Positions 1 through 10,807 of a stretch of DNA of 64,000 bases are shown in pieces. The DNA is taken from contig OY970061.1 of the NCBI GenBank assembly GCA_963705255.1, positions 1,184,001 to 1,248,000 on the forward strand, in the 5' to 3' direction. Every line of letters starts with the position of its first letter. The stretch's first letter is position 1. The notes under the pieces were generated by a model. It ran no database searches, had not been told where the DNA came from, and saw only the letters and a list, made by a program, of their open reading frames with translations. Origin of the DNA: an uncultured Methanoregulaceae archaeon (GTDB lineage Archaea; Halobacteriota; Methanomicrobia; Methanomicrobiales; Methanospirillaceae). A program made the translations under genes and the position numbers.

Positions 1-17
1 GCATCTACGGCTACCGG

Positions 18-278
18 TTATAGATATTTTTTGAGGACCTCTTCGAGCTTCTCTGCGTGCACCACTCCTTCGAACCGCTCTTTTACCGTGCCGTCCTGGA
101 TGACCACGATGGTCGGTGTCGCCTTCAGCTGGTATTCCTTGATGTACCGGGGGTTCCTGACCGCATCGATCTCCTCGATCGTGATACCGAGAGCTTTTCC
201 CACTTCGGCATTGATCGGAGACTGTTCCATACACCCCATACATCCCGGCTGGTAAAAACAGAGTACACGCAGTGCCAT
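18..278 (-). CDS. Thioredoxin-family protein
   Basis: 86 aa; CxxC (CMGC) after the first strand; later 'ATPTIVV..DG...RFEG' cis-Pro motif. Confidence 0.85.
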   Translation of the reverse strand: MALRVLCFYQPGCMGCMEQSPINAEVGKALGITIEEIDAVRNPRYIKEYQLKATPTIVVIQDGTVKERFEGVVHAEKLEEVLKKYL

Positions 279-320
279 GAAGATGAATGGGCAGGGGCGA
301 TAAAAAGAGTATGGGTCGGA

Positions 321-1019
321 TCAGTGACTGTTGATGGACGTTACCGTGATATCGGCAGCGGGATACCCGAAGTCCACCGAGACACCGGTCCTGTTACCCG
401 CCGTTATTACCTGGGTTACCTGTCCAAAGCGGATATAAGCTGACGAGGCATTTGCAACCGCCAGTTGGCGGGTGTCCGATACTGCCATGGCAAGGGTTTC
501 ACCGACCGAGAGTTCACTGATATTGACATTGTTATGCTGGAGCGACGCCTCCGGGAAGAAATCGGTCAGCATGCTGTTACCCGGAAAAGAGATCCGCTTC
601 TTTTCATTGGCTTTCATGCCGACGACCCCGGAACTGATCGCATTGTCCTCGGATGAGAATATGGCAAACTGCTGGCTCCACCCGTTTCTGGTTGTATATA
701 TCTGGACGGGATAGACATTTCCGGGCCATGACTGGTTGGCTGCAAGGGTTATCTGCTTTGCAAAGATCAATCCCGTACCGCTTTTGATTGCCTGGTTGTA
801 TTGCGAAGCGTCCGTGGTAATCAGGGGGTTCCCGTTCACATCGTAGATGGTGTAATCGACAACTACGGAATCCCCGGGTTTAACCGTCGCGAAACTGGAG
901 ATCCAGCTGGTCCCCATGGCAGATACCACCATCAGGACGACAAAGAGAACTCCTGCAATGACAGCGATTACCTTGGTCCACATTTTGGCCGATGCCTCTT
1001 TCTTTTTCTTTTCACCCAT
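321..1019 (-). CDS. Membrane-anchored protein with degenerate FKBP-type PPIase-like fold
   Basis: N-terminal TM helix; 'VKPGDSVVVDYT', 'GVVGMKANEKKRI' and 'VDFGYP' echo archaeal FKBP/SlyD motifs. Confidence 0.55.
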   Translation of the reverse strand: MGEKKKKEASAKMWTKVIAVIAGVLFVVLMVVSAMGTSWISSFATVKPGDSVVVDYTIYDVNGNPLITTDASQYNQAIKSGTGLIFAKQITLAANQSWPGNVYPVQIYTTRNGWSQQFAIFSSEDNAISSGVVGMKANEKKRISFPGNSMLTDFFPEASLQHNNVNISELSVGETLAMAVSDTRQLAVANASSAYIRFGQVTQVITAGNRTGVSVDFGYPAADITVTSINSH

Positions 1020-1126
1020 ACAAAACGTACCTCCCTACTACATCGGAACCAAACGGTCATAAACTATTCCGCGTGTTTCCCGGTTCTACCGATGTTTTTT
1101 AGTATCCTGCGCCAAAGACTGTACGG

Positions 1127-1911
1127 ATGGACAAGAAAAAGGTCAGGGACTACATGACCTACGATGTCGTCAGTATCGGTTTTCACGGTTCCGTAAAAGA
1201 CGTCATCGAAAAGATCCAGAAGACCCATCACGACGGCTTCCCGGTAATGGACGGGGATGTCGTGGTCGGCTACGTATCAGCCCGTGACCTTTTGTTCGTC
1301 CAGCCGGAAACTCCGGTCGGCCAGGTCATGTCCGCCAACCTCATCGTTGCCGACCCGGAGATGGACATCAATGATGCGGCACGGGTCATATTCCGGAGCG
1401 GCATCCAGAAACTGCCGGTTGTCGACGAGAAGAACCATCTGATCGGTATCATCTCCAACTCCGATGTCATCCGCTCCCAGATCGAGCACGTATCCCCGGA
1501 AAAGGTGTTCAATTTCATCACCACCCTCAAGAAGCTGTACGGGTCGATCCCACCCTTGACCGGGGGACGGTGCCGGTCAAGGACCTCCTCCCGACCCAGT
1601 CGAAGATCTACGAGGACGAACTCGAAGGGAGGATCTACGAGATCAAGAAAGGGCTCGCCGAACCGATCATCGTCGTAAAGCGGCCGGGAAGGATTATTCT
1701 TGTCGACGGCCACCACCGGGCCGTTGCCGCAAAAAGGCTCGGGATCACGGCTCTCGACGCGTACATCATCGAGATAAAAGAGGACATCGAGCTTGGCATG
1801 GAGCGGACAGCTACTGCCATGAACCTGAAGACGCTGGACGACATCCAGGTGCTCGATTACGCCCGCCACCCGCTCGTAGCGATCACCCACCGCCTGGTCA
1901 AACGGGCTTAA
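1127..1911 (+). CDS. CBS-pair plus ParB/Srx-like domain protein (frameshift near 1545-1570)
   Basis: ORF 1127 has two CBS domains (VRDYMT, HDGFPV, IQKLPVVD); ORF 1570 has 'EPIIV...ILVDGHHRAVAA'; joined by one frameshift. Confidence 0.85.
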
Positions 1912-1922
1912 CGCCCGTTTTC

Positions 1923-2145
1923 CCACTCACAGGACTGATGTCCTGTTCGTTGGTGAAAAGAGTCTGACGACTCTTTTTCCACTCACAGGACTGATGTCCT
2001 GTTCGTTACTCAAAAAAGCCTGATGACACCTTCACCACTCATCGCAATACAACCTGTTCGCAGTCCATGATTTCCTGACGAGAATCTTCTCCACTCAAAG
2101 GTCGTTACGCAACCGGTTCGTAGTCCAGGATTTCTGATGATACTC
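1923..2145. repeat. Degenerate tandem array of four ~56-bp units containing TGAY-loop hairpins
   Basis: CCACTCA at 1923, 1979, 2035, 2091; each unit also has (T/G)GTTCG and CTGAYGA; units 1 and 2 share ccactcacaggactgatgtcctgttcgtt exactly. Confidence 0.8.
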
Positions 2146-2255
2146 CATAATAAGATGTGAATAAAGAGAGAAAATATTTTTAATGAATGTATTTTAATAA
2201 GAGACTGAAGCGCGGGATGCAAACTATTAAAATACCATGATATAATCATGGATTC

Positions 2256-2661
2256 ATGAAAAAAACTACAGAAATCATTCTGCTGATCTCAGTCATCGTG
2301 ATTGCTTTTGTGGTAATTTATTTCGTAGTGCCCGGCTCCACTGTTCCAGCATCATCAAATACCTATACTGCCCCGGCAGCAGCGCACCCGGTCGTGGAGA
2401 TTATCGATACGACAGCGGGCTTGACATCCTATGGAGCTCCGGAATTTTACGGGATGGTGAAGTCCAATACCGGGACCCCGGTGACCGCCGATATCAGCTG
2501 CCGAAATTTATGACGAGTCGGGCAGAGTGCAACTGGCAAACGGGGACAGCCAGGTCAGTATAGCCCCGTACGGGCAGTCTCCATACGAGGTAATTATCCA
2601 TAAATATAACAACATCCCGCAGAACTGGGAATACAGGATCTTCGTTGAGGATGTATACTGA
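2256..2661 (+). CDS. Secreted/membrane-anchored FxLYD-like Ig-fold protein (frameshift near 2500)
   Basis: Hydrophobic N-terminus; 'GMVKSNTG' then, in the shifted frame, 'AEIYDESG...IAPYGQSPYEV...EYRIFVEDVY*'. Confidence 0.55.
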
Positions 2662-2686
2662 TTATGCCGCCTTTTCCCAATTTCCA

Positions 2687-2940
2687 GGCTTTGTTGAAAT
2701 CCTCAAACAAACAAGCAGTCGCTCTTGGGGGCTCCAGCATTTCATGCTTCCGCCCCCGCCGCTGGGGCATCCCCCATATCGGGATAGTTCCTCAGAAGGT
2801 TAATGAAAAAAACCGAAATAACGGGGGTCAAGGGGACGCTCCCCTTGGGATGCCTCCCCGCTGGGGGAGAGAGGGGGTCACCCTCCTAACCGCAGGAGAG
2901 TATAAGCAAATGATCAGAAAAATAGGGTTTCAACAGAGCC
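2687..2940. mobile_element. MITE copy 1 (non-autonomous, IS5-like terminal inverted repeats)
   Basis: TIRs ggctttgttgaaat / gtttcaacagagcc; 8-bp direct repeat aatttcca on both flanks (2679-2686, 2941-2948); homologous to 22395-22806. Confidence 0.85.
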
Positions 2941-3092
2941 AATTTCCAATAGTTATTCTCCATAACAATCTGACTTTTCTTACGAGAATCCTCCTCACGG
3001 GCGAGCGCAAAACCCGGGAGGTACCTGTCGTCCTACCTGCGAGGACTGACTCGGGAGGGCTATCCTTCGAGAGCTGAGTGGTTTGCCAGTAA

Positions 3093-3181
3093 GTCGAAGG
3101 CCGGATGATGCCGTCCTTCTCCTCGTCGAGGTTTTGACAAAACTCTCCAACCACGAAGCAGGGAAGCCGTCAGGCTTCGAC
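3093..3181. repeat. Cluster of three REP-like TGAY-loop hairpins
   Basis: gtcgaaggccggaTGATgccgtccttctcc; gtcgaggtttTGACaaaactctcc; inverted gggaagccGTCAggcttcgac. Confidence 0.7.
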
Positions 3182-3272
3182 TCGTTGTATGCGAAGGGCT
3201 GTCACGTTTAAAGAGATGAAGAACAGACCCGGATGCAAAAGGGCAACTATCCGCATCAGCAAGAGAAAAAAC

Positions 3273-4450
3273 TCACGACCCTTCGTACCGCACATCGAAC
3301 TTCTCGTTCAGGACATGTTCTTTCACGATGGTCCCGTCCGTGATCACAACCTCTGGCCAGAGCCGGGTCTTGGAGTGGACGACCACTCGGTCCCGGAGGA
3401 CGACACGGGGTCCGATGACCGTATCGTTCTCTATGCTGCACCGCTCGCCGATGTGAGTGTCGTTGTCCATGATGCTCCCCGAGATCGTGCTGTTCCCCCC
3501 GATGATCACCCGGTTGTAGAGCGAGGACGAGAAGATCTTCACGTTGTTCCGTATGATGCACTTCTCCCCGATACTCGTGTACGGGCCGATCAGCACGTTG
3601 TCCCCGATGGTCGTTCCCGGGCCGATCGCGACCGGGCCGATGACCTTGGTGTTCTTGCCCAGCGTGATGGAGTCCCCGAGCTGGACCGGCCCCGGATCTG
3701 CGCCCCGTGCATGGAAAGGTTCCCGATGATGTCGGTGAACTCGATATCCTGCAGCTTCCATCGCTCGGCCTGCCGGAGGGAGGAGGGGCTCCCGACATCC
3801 GTCCAGTTGCCGCGGGCAAGCCAGCCTTTCAGGGAATGCCCCCCCTCCATCAGATTGGGAAAGAGGTCGCGGGCAAAGTCGTATTTCGTGCCGACCGGAA
3901 TATGGTCGAAAATTTCCGGGCTGCAGACGTACATCCCGGTACTGGCAAGGTTCGAGAAGATCTCGCCGGGAGAAGGTTTTTCCTTGAACCGCTTTATCTC
4001 GTACCCGACATCGATCTCGGCGATACCGTATTCGCCCGGGTCCTCGATGGAGATCAGGCCGATGGTTGCGGTGGGCTTCAGCTTCTGGTGGGCGCGATAG
4101 AATTCCAGCATATTCAGGTCGGTCACATGGTCGCCGCCGACGACGAGGAAATCCTGCCCGTCGAGATATTTCTGGGCGTTCTTGACGCTGCCGGCGGTAC
4201 CCAGTTTGCTCTCCTCATGGACGTACGTGATCTCGGCGCCGAAGAGGGAGCCGTCGCCGAGCGCCTCCTCGATGGCCTCCCCCATGTACCCGAGCGTGAG
4301 CACGATCTCGCGGAAGCCCATGTTCGTCAGGTGTGCGACAAGGTGCTGGATCGAGGGACGGTTGACGATGGGGATGCAGGGCTTCGGCCGTTCGAACGTG
4401 AGGGGGCGGAGGCGCGTCCCCTCGCCCCCGCACATGATACACACCTTCAT
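3273..4450 (-). CDS. NDP-sugar synthase (mannose-1-phosphate guanylyltransferase-like) with hexapeptide-repeat C-terminus (frameshift near 3690)
   Basis: 'IMCGGEGTRLRPLTFERPKP', 'LGTAGSV', 'FKEKP', 'WTDVGS'; ORF 3273-3761 supplies the left-handed beta-helix repeats. Confidence 0.9.
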
Positions 4451-4686
4451 GGTACGTACTGGGTTCGTGCTGAATTGTTTTAAGACTAATGTTTTTTGTG
4501 CTTTGGAGAAAGCATCGGTATTTGTTGTCGATGCCCTTCAGGAAGATTGCTGTCCCCGGAGGAAGGAACAGGCTGGAGAAAAATCCGGAGGGTTTTTCGA
4601 ATAATGTGCGTTTTCTATGAAGATCGTACTATTCAGATATCACGCAACGTGGTCCCTCTTTTACCATTGCGATGAACGCCGCCGCA

Positions 4687-4909
4687 GTCGAAGATTGATA
4701 TCTTCTCCACAGCCTGCGGCTGTCCCCGGCGGGGAGCCAGCCATGACCAGATGGTCGGGGCTGGCTGAAGAAAATTCTATAAAGAATTTTCGACTCGCCC
4801 CCGCGGCGGATCAGAACGTTGAAAAACAAGAAGGGTAACCGAACTTGCCCCGTTGTGCAGCGAAGAACCCTGACGAGTTCTTCTCGAATTCGTGGTTCTG
4901 ACGAACCAC
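4687..4909. repeat. REP-like TGAY-loop hairpins (three copies)
   Basis: gtcgaagatTGATatcttctcc (4687), gaagaacccTGACgagttcttc (4862), gtggttcTGACgaaccac (4892). Confidence 0.75.
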
Positions 4910-5077
4910 TCATTCCTCGGAGAGGCCCTGAGGCGGGGAGCTCTCATGACTGGACAATTTTCATGGTTATTGTATGAATTCTTATTCATTCCGATTTCTG
5001 CCGAACCCGTTTCCGGTACATTCTTTGGTTTTATATGGTTACGGGAGAAATACAATTCCATCAGGACCGATGCGATC

Positions 5078-5344
5078 ATGGGCGACGATGAGAACCGTAT
5101 CCTGCCGGTAACCGACGGGCGGGTCCAGTGCCTTCCGGACAAGAGAGAGCCGGTCGGGAACTGCAGTTTCTGCATCCACTGCAGGGAGTTTGAGATCGGG
5201 GGGAAATTCGTGAAGTCCCCGTCCCTCGCCTACTGTACAAAGTGCCGGGTTACCGAAAAGGTCGACCTGGCAAAGGCCCGGGCCGTGAAATGCGCCGACC
5301 GCCAGGGTGAAGGGTTCCACAGTATTACGAGTATTATCAGCTGA
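5078..5344 (+). CDS. Small Cys-rich hypothetical protein (probable metal binding)
   Basis: ATG at 5078 (MGDDENRILP); CSFCIHC, CTKC and further Cys in 88 aa. Confidence 0.65.
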   Translation: MGDDENRILPVTDGRVQCLPDKREPVGNCSFCIHCREFEIGGKFVKSPSLAYCTKCRVTEKVDLAKARAVKCADRQGEGFHSITSIIS

Positions 5345-5365
5345 TCATTGCCCGGGGACGGAGTT

Positions 5366-6807
5366 TCAGTTTTTTACGAGCGCAACAATCGCATCCATAT
5401 CCACATGCTTTTCGAAGACATCTGCAAGCAGGTCGTACGGGTCTGCAACGGTTGCGGGGATGGGTTCGAACGGGAGCCCCTTCTTTTCGTGCAGGTAGGA
5501 GAGCAGGGCGTTTGCCGCGGACGGGTTGAGGAAGAGACCATGCATGTAGGTCCCGAAGACGAGCCCGTCGCTGCTCACCCGTCCGTCACCGCAGAGTGCC
5601 TCGCCGCAGCTGCCCGGTTCTGTCACGCCCATGTGTATCTCGTACCCGCTCACGGTTCCCATGCCGGAGAGGATGGGGGGCACGGCCGCGGCTTCCCTCG
5701 TCACCTGGGTCGTATTTTTCTCGTATGATGCAAAGTGCGTGGCACAGTCCAGCAGCCCCAGCCCGGCATAGGTCCCGGCAGCGGATTCGAACCCGGCATC
5801 GATGAGCGTCGTACCCAGCATCTGGTACCCCCCGCAGATCCCGATAATAGGCACCCCGCGTTCACGGGCCTCCCCCAGTTCGCGGTCAGTGCCCGCAGCG
5901 ATCAGGACCTGCAGGTCCTCGATGGTATTTTTGGTACCGGGAATGATGACGCAGTCAAAACCATCGAGAGGGGCACCGGGCGGCACGTAGTCTACGGAGG
6001 CATGCTGCTCGAGGAGCTCGAAGTCCGTGAAATTGGAGATCCGGGGGAGTCGGATGACCGCTATCCGCACACCGCTGCTTCCGGCTCTCTTGTCGCCGAT
6101 CGAGAGGGAGTCCTCGCTCGGCAGCGGGAGCGGGACATGGGGCACCACCCCCAGCACCGGGATCCCGCAGAGCTCCTCTATCGTGTCTATTCCCGGGGCA
6201 AAAATGGACGGGTCCCCCCGGAACTTGTTGATGATGATCCCCCTCACCAGCGGGCGGATCTCTTCGGGTAGGAGCATCAGCGTGCCCCACACCTGTGCGA
6301 AGACTCCGCCCCGCTCGATATCGGCGACGAGGACCATGGGGATGCGGAGCTCTTTTGCGAGGAGGGTGTTGGCGATGTCCCGGTCGTACAGGTTCAGTTC
6401 CGCTGCCCCCCGGCTCCTTCCACGACGACATTCCCGTAGGCGACCTCCAGGCGTGCATAGGACTCGAGCGCCTTTGCAAGAAGTTCCGGAGTCTCCCGGT
6501 AATACTCGGTGATAGGAACGTCCTTGTAGGGCCGCCCGTTCAGGACGACCTGCGAGACGCAGTCCCCCTTGGGTTTGAGGAGGACCGGGTTCATGTCGGT
6601 ATGGGGGGCAAGCTTCGCTGCGAACGCCTGCATCGCCTGGGCCATCCCGATCTCGCCGCCCTCCGGCGTGACATAGGAGTTAAGGCTCATGTTCTGGGAC
6701 TTGAACGGAGCCACGGAGATCCCGCGCCGGACCAGGCAGCGGCAGATGGCAGCGACTGTGACACTCTTGCCGACATGGGATGCTGTGCCCACCACAAACA
6801 ACGACAT
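5366..6807 (-). CDS. cobQ: Cobyric acid synthase (frameshifted near 6400-6420)
   Basis: 'GTASHVGKS', '[11 protein letters not shown]', 'DMNPVLLKP', 'VVEGAG', 'DIERGGVFA', 'ISNFTD', '[10 protein letters not shown]', 'GYEIHMG', 'GTYMHGLF'. Confidence 0.95.
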
Positions 6808-6980
6808 ACCGTCCGTATAGTGTATGCATGGATCATAAAAACAGATGCCCATAAGGGGTCTGGAGGGATACCGGGACATGGAACAAAACGCTGACAGCTC
6901 CCGGCTACCATGGGATGACACGCCGGATTTCCTTCGGCAATGCCAAGTAATAAATAAAGAGAAACGTAAAAATACAAGTA

Positions 6981-7286
6981 ATGATTGGTGGGATTTGCCC
7001 GACGTGTGGACTTCCAAAAGAGTTATGCATCTGTGAGGAGGTTGCAAAAGAACAGCAGCGGATCAATGTCAAAGTGAACAAACGCCGTTACGGAAAAGAG
7101 GTTACGGTTATCGAAGGGCTTGATCCGACCGATATCGACCTTGAGGACCTTTCCAAATATATGAAAGGAAAACTCGCCTGCGGGGGGACCGTCAAGGGGA
7201 ACTCCATAGAACTGCAGGGAAACCACCGGGACAGGGTGAAGGAACTCCTGTCCCTCAAGGGGTACAGCATCGAAAATATTTCGTAA
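6981..7286 (+). CDS. sui1: Translation initiation factor SUI1/aIF-1 (YciH family)
   Basis: '[11 protein letters not shown]', '[13 protein letters not shown]', 'LACGGTVK', 'IELQGNHR'. Confidence 0.95.
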   Translation: MIGGICPTCGLPKELCICEEVAKEQQRINVKVNKRRYGKEVTVIEGLDPTDIDLEDLSKYMKGKLACGGTVKGNSIELQGNHRDRVKELLSLKGYSIENIS

Positions 7287-7369
7287 GCAACGGATCTTTT
7301 TTCTTTTTTTGAATTTGAGTTTGGTTGAACGGCTAATCTGGTGCGTTTTTTCCCGTGTAACAATGATGA

Positions 7370-7541
7370 TGCCGGCCGTCGCCCCCCGGTAGATCCGGAT
7401 GATGTAGCCGGAGAGAGGTATTCCAAGGAGAATCGTTCCGGGGATTAGTCTGATCCACCGGTCCGTTCGTTCATATACACCTTCTTTTGCATACGCAAAT
7501 GCGTCGTGCACCATCCTGTCGTAATCTGCCAACTGGTTCAC
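7370..7541 (-). pseudogene. 5' remnant of a DUF4013-family membrane protein
   Basis: 'DYDRMVHDAFAYAKEGV...W..LI..TILLGIPLSGYIIRIYRG' parallels the N-terminus of the intact gene at 32818-33480, then degenerates. Confidence 0.6.
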
Positions 7542-7766
7542 CTGTCTGCTGTGGACGCTTTTTGGTTACGCCGATCTTTTGTCCGCATCGAAATATTAGA
7601 CTAAATTTATTAAATATTTGTAATTGTGGTTCTGGTGCGTTAACGGGACTCAGTAAAAATTATTCTCTCGTAGTCGATTCCGACCAATATTTAAGAGTCT
7701 CGAAGATGCACCAGAACTCTTTTTAGAATATGTATATATATATCGTAATAAAAGAAAAACCAGTTC

Positions 7767-8009
7767 ATGAAAAAAATTATTATCATTATTTTGATTATAA
7801 TATTCGTTCTTGTTGCTGGATGCGATAGTTCTGTGGGTTCGGCATTTAATCAAACAATAAATGCCTTCTGCAATAATTGGCCAAAGAATACGTGGAATCC
7901 TTGTTCAACATTACTATCTCTAAATAATCAAATAAATATTACGAACTCCTCGGCTGAAGAATTGGTTGATAAATTTGAATCCTTGTTCAATATCACCATC
8001 TCCAAATAA
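7767..8009 (+). CDS. AT-rich small lipoprotein-like ORF, possibly truncated
   Basis: MKKIII...LVAGC lipobox-like signal; very low GC. Confidence 0.4.
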   Translation: MKKIIIIILIIIFVLVAGCDSSVGSAFNQTINAFCNNWPKNTWNPCSTLLSLNNQINITNSSAEELVDKFESLFNITISK

Positions 8010-8121
8010 TGAATAAATATTATGAAATCCTTGACCTCTATTAAGGCTTTATTATAGTGGGTTCTGATAAGTTAGCGTTGATGACCGATTTTTCACCTTA
8101 TTAAAAATACCTTACCAACCA

Positions 8122-8316
8122 TCAACTTATCAGAACCATTCGTGGTAATCCAGGTTTCATGTCGGTTCCGCGCTCAATTTCCCGTGATGTAACTTCTGGG
8201 GCACCCGCAAGAAACACCAGCACTTTTGCAACTTTTTTCTGCATCCCAATCTCGATTAAGAGATTAACGAACTCTTCTTCCTTCTCGGTAAAATATTGGA
8301 CGCTTTCCCGTCTCAT
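8122..8316 (-). pseudogene. Truncated wHTH transcriptional regulator (TrmB-like archaeal family)
   Basis: 'YFTEKEEEFVNLLIEIG..KKVAKVLVFLA....TSREIERGTDM' breaks off before the recognition helix is complete. Confidence 0.65.
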
Positions 8317-8555
8317 GGCATCACGAGACTTTTCCGGGTCGCTTGGTTCTGATGCATTGTCGTGGTTTCACTATGGAACAAAGAGAATTCGCTGCTTTGA
8401 GGTCTCATAAAACAGACTGAGTAGTCAGGAACTATTTTGAAAGAAAATATGAAAGCCCCGAAGATGCACAAGAACAGCTGACTCGAATGTACACGGTCAT
8501 TTTTTCCCGCTTCTCTGCGGAGCCCGGCGCCCCGCTGCACTCTGTCTTACTATCA

Positions 8556-9425
8556 TCACGCTCGCTTTTTCCTATGAGGATGTGGAGAAAAGGGAAAATC
8601 CTCCCCATCGATGAGTCGCCTCCAGTTGAACTGGCTGAAGAGTTTCATCTGGAGGACCGCTCCCTTGTTACGGGTATTGAGGACCGAAACCGTACTGGAG
8701 AAAAACGGCGGTATCATGAGGAGTTCCTCGTCATCAACGATCAATTCGAGCGTATTTTCGACTCTCATTAGTTTATGGATCTCCTCAAATTCCGGGGGTG
8801 CAAATGGTGGCGGGACACCGAATTTTTCCGAAGGGATAACATGAATATCCGCGTTCTTTCCCGGGAACTGTTCCCGCAGTTTTTTCTCAAGATCCGGTGC
8901 ATCGGATATCACGATAAGCTGCAGGGAAATATCCTTTATCCGTATATTTTCAATGAACGGAAGGTATCGCTCTCCAATCATGCACCGGATATGGCTTTTT
9001 GCCTTCCCGAAAAGGTCACGGATCTTATACTCGATGCTCTTATCGCCATAAATGGTCCAGAGGGCCTCCTCTTTTTCGGTTTGCACCTTCTCCGTTTCCA
9101 GTTTTTCCAGTGCCGCCAGTGCCAGATCGGCTGCCTTCTTATGGTTGCCCATGAGCAGGTCAATGGCCATCTGAGGTGAAACCGCGCTGTACCGTGCCGG
9201 TTTTGAGACTTTTTTTACGGCCAGTCCCATTTCCGCCAGGTGATTCAGCGCCTCGTACACGCTTGGCTTTGAGATGGAGAGATATTCGACAAGATCTTTT
9301 GCTTCTGCGTTGTCGTACAGGACCAATGCGGCGTACACGCTTGCTTCATAGTTGGACAACCCGAGATCGTTGAGCGATTTTATGAGGGCTGCGGGAATGC
9401 TCTCCATATGATCAATAATAATCAC
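8556..9425 (-). CDS. TrmB-family transcriptional regulator
   Basis: 'LNDLGLSNYEASVYAALV', 'ISKPSVYEALNHLAEMGL', 'PARYSAVSP', C-terminal 'LIVDDEE'; divergent from the transporter operon. Confidence 0.9.
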   Translation of the reverse strand: MIIIDHMESIPAALIKSLNDLGLSNYEASVYAALVLYDNAEAKDLVEYLSISKPSVYEALNHLAEMGLAVKKVSKPARYSAVSPQMAIDLLMGNHKKAADLALAALEKLETEKVQTEKEEALWTIYGDKSIEYKIRDLFGKAKSHIRCMIGERYLPFIENIRIKDISLQLIVISDAPDLEKKLREQFPGKNADIHVIPSEKFGVPPPFAPPEFEEIHKLMRVENTLELIVDDEELLMIPPFFSSTVSVLNTRNKGAVLQMKLFSQFNWRRLIDGEDFPFSPHPHRKKRA

Positions 9426-9519
9426 CGAGTTGTTAAAAATTTAACTACTTCGATGAATACATTTTTTAAGTCTTGGATAAAACCATAGTAAAACAGATTG
9501 TAGTAAAAAAAATTACTAC

Positions 9520-10794
9520 ATGTTCGAGGAACAGCGAATGTTTAGAATAACATACCATTCAACATACCCGGATACCCGGGATTTTGCAGCAGACAGCAGA
9601 CCGGCTAAATCGGGTAAAAGAACTTCCCCCCGCATCCCCCGTCCAGCGTACGGGACGCTCCTGTTCCTTCTCGTAACCATAGGATTTCTGGTTCTTCCGG
9701 CAAGTGGTTACGGTACGATCGATGCCATTCAGGCTGCAGGTAACGTATACGTATCCAGCTATACCATAGATCCGGCAGTCCTCTTTACCGGGGATACCGC
9801 CACGGCAACGTTTTACGTCACCAACGGGAATGCAAACCAGAGCGTCATGGTCAATCATGCGACATTAGGTGATAATGATATCCATCTCACCAGCGGCTCG
9901 TACGACGCATCTGCCAATATCGGGCCTCTCCAGACCCGGTCGTTCGTATTCTCGATTGGAACCGACAAGAATGCAGGTACGTATTACCCCTCCTTCTCTT
10001 TAAGCTTCAGCGCTGGCAACAGCCTGTATTACCGTACTCCGGTCAAGGTAGACAATACGCCCCTTGTTATGACCATTGCTGAGAAGCCGGATGCATTCAC
10101 CCGAGGGGTAAAGAAAACGATCAGTGTACAGATCTCTAACCCCCGCGACAACGACATAAAAAATGTCATCTTTGAAGCCGTCGGTAACGATGTCACCCTT
10201 GCGCCGTCAAAGACATACATCGGTGATCTGGCTGCCGGAACCAGTACATTGGTCAATTTTACCGTTACACCTGACTCCCCCACTTCACTCTTCATGCATG
10301 TCGATTACGATAACGGGGATAATTCCCACACCATCAACACGACCCTGCCGATCCCGTTTACGACTGACAAACAGCAGGCCGACCCGGTGATGAGCAATAT
10401 TGTTGTTGCCCTCAACAATGGGACCTACGACATCACCGGAGATCTAACCAATGCCGGTCTCTCGACCGCAAATGGTGTCACGGTCACATCGCTTTCCCCC
10501 GCCGTACCGCAGAACCCGGACAGGAATTACGTGATCGGTGCACTCAAGCCTGACGACTTCGGCAGTTTCGAGGTCACATTTACGGTTCCTAAAGGCACGA
10601 CAAGCGTTCCCCTCCAGCAGTCCTACAAAGACAGTGACGGCAATGTGATCACCTCCGTTCAGAACATCGATCTGACCCAAGCTACAACACAGACTGGCTC
10701 ACAGCCAGACGTGCTCCCGGCGCTGGCCGTTGTCATTATCATTGTGCTTGGCGTAGGCGGTTATCTCTACATGAAGAAACGGAAAAACCAGTAA
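9520..10794 (+). CDS. COG1361-like S-layer/Ig-repeat protein with C-terminal membrane anchor
   Basis: Signal-like segment, 'YIGDLAAG', 'YVIGALKPDDFGSFEVTF', C-terminal TM helix plus KKRK; true start may lie downstream. Confidence 0.75.
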   Translation: MFEEQRMFRITYHSTYPDTRDFAADSRPAKSGKRTSPRIPRPAYGTLLFLLVTIGFLVLPASGYGTIDAIQAAGNVYVSSYTIDPAVLFTGDTATATFYVTNGNANQSVMVNHATLGDNDIHLTSGSYDASANIGPLQTRSFVFSIGTDKNAGTYYPSFSLSFSAGNSLYYRTPVKVDNTPLVMTIAEKPDAFTRGVKKTISVQISNPRDNDIKNVIFEAVGNDVTLAPSKTYIGDLAAGTSTLVNFTVTPDSPTSLFMHVDYDNGDNSHTINTTLPIPFTTDKQQADPVMSNIVVALNNGTYDITGDLTNAGLSTANGVTVTSLSPAVPQNPDRNYVIGALKPDDFGSFEVTFTVPKGTTSVPLQQSYKDSDGNVITSVQNIDLTQATTQTGSQPDVLPALAVVIIIVLGVGGYLYMKKRKNQ

Positions 10795-10807
10795 GGGATG
10801 GGGCGTC

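Noticed and set aside
1923-2145. CRISPR mini-array
   Set aside because: Only two units share a 29-bp stretch, the others diverge throughout, and there is no leader or cas context
1923-2145. C/D-box sRNAs suggested by TGATGA/CTGA
   Set aside because: The boxes overlap inside hairpin loops and occur in both orientations elsewhere; there is no C-D'-C'-D layout that I can support
2664-3077. ORF sharing the peptide 'RWGREGVTLLTAGEYKQMIRKIGFQQS' with 22342-22590
   Set aside because: Translation of the MITE sequence, not a protein family
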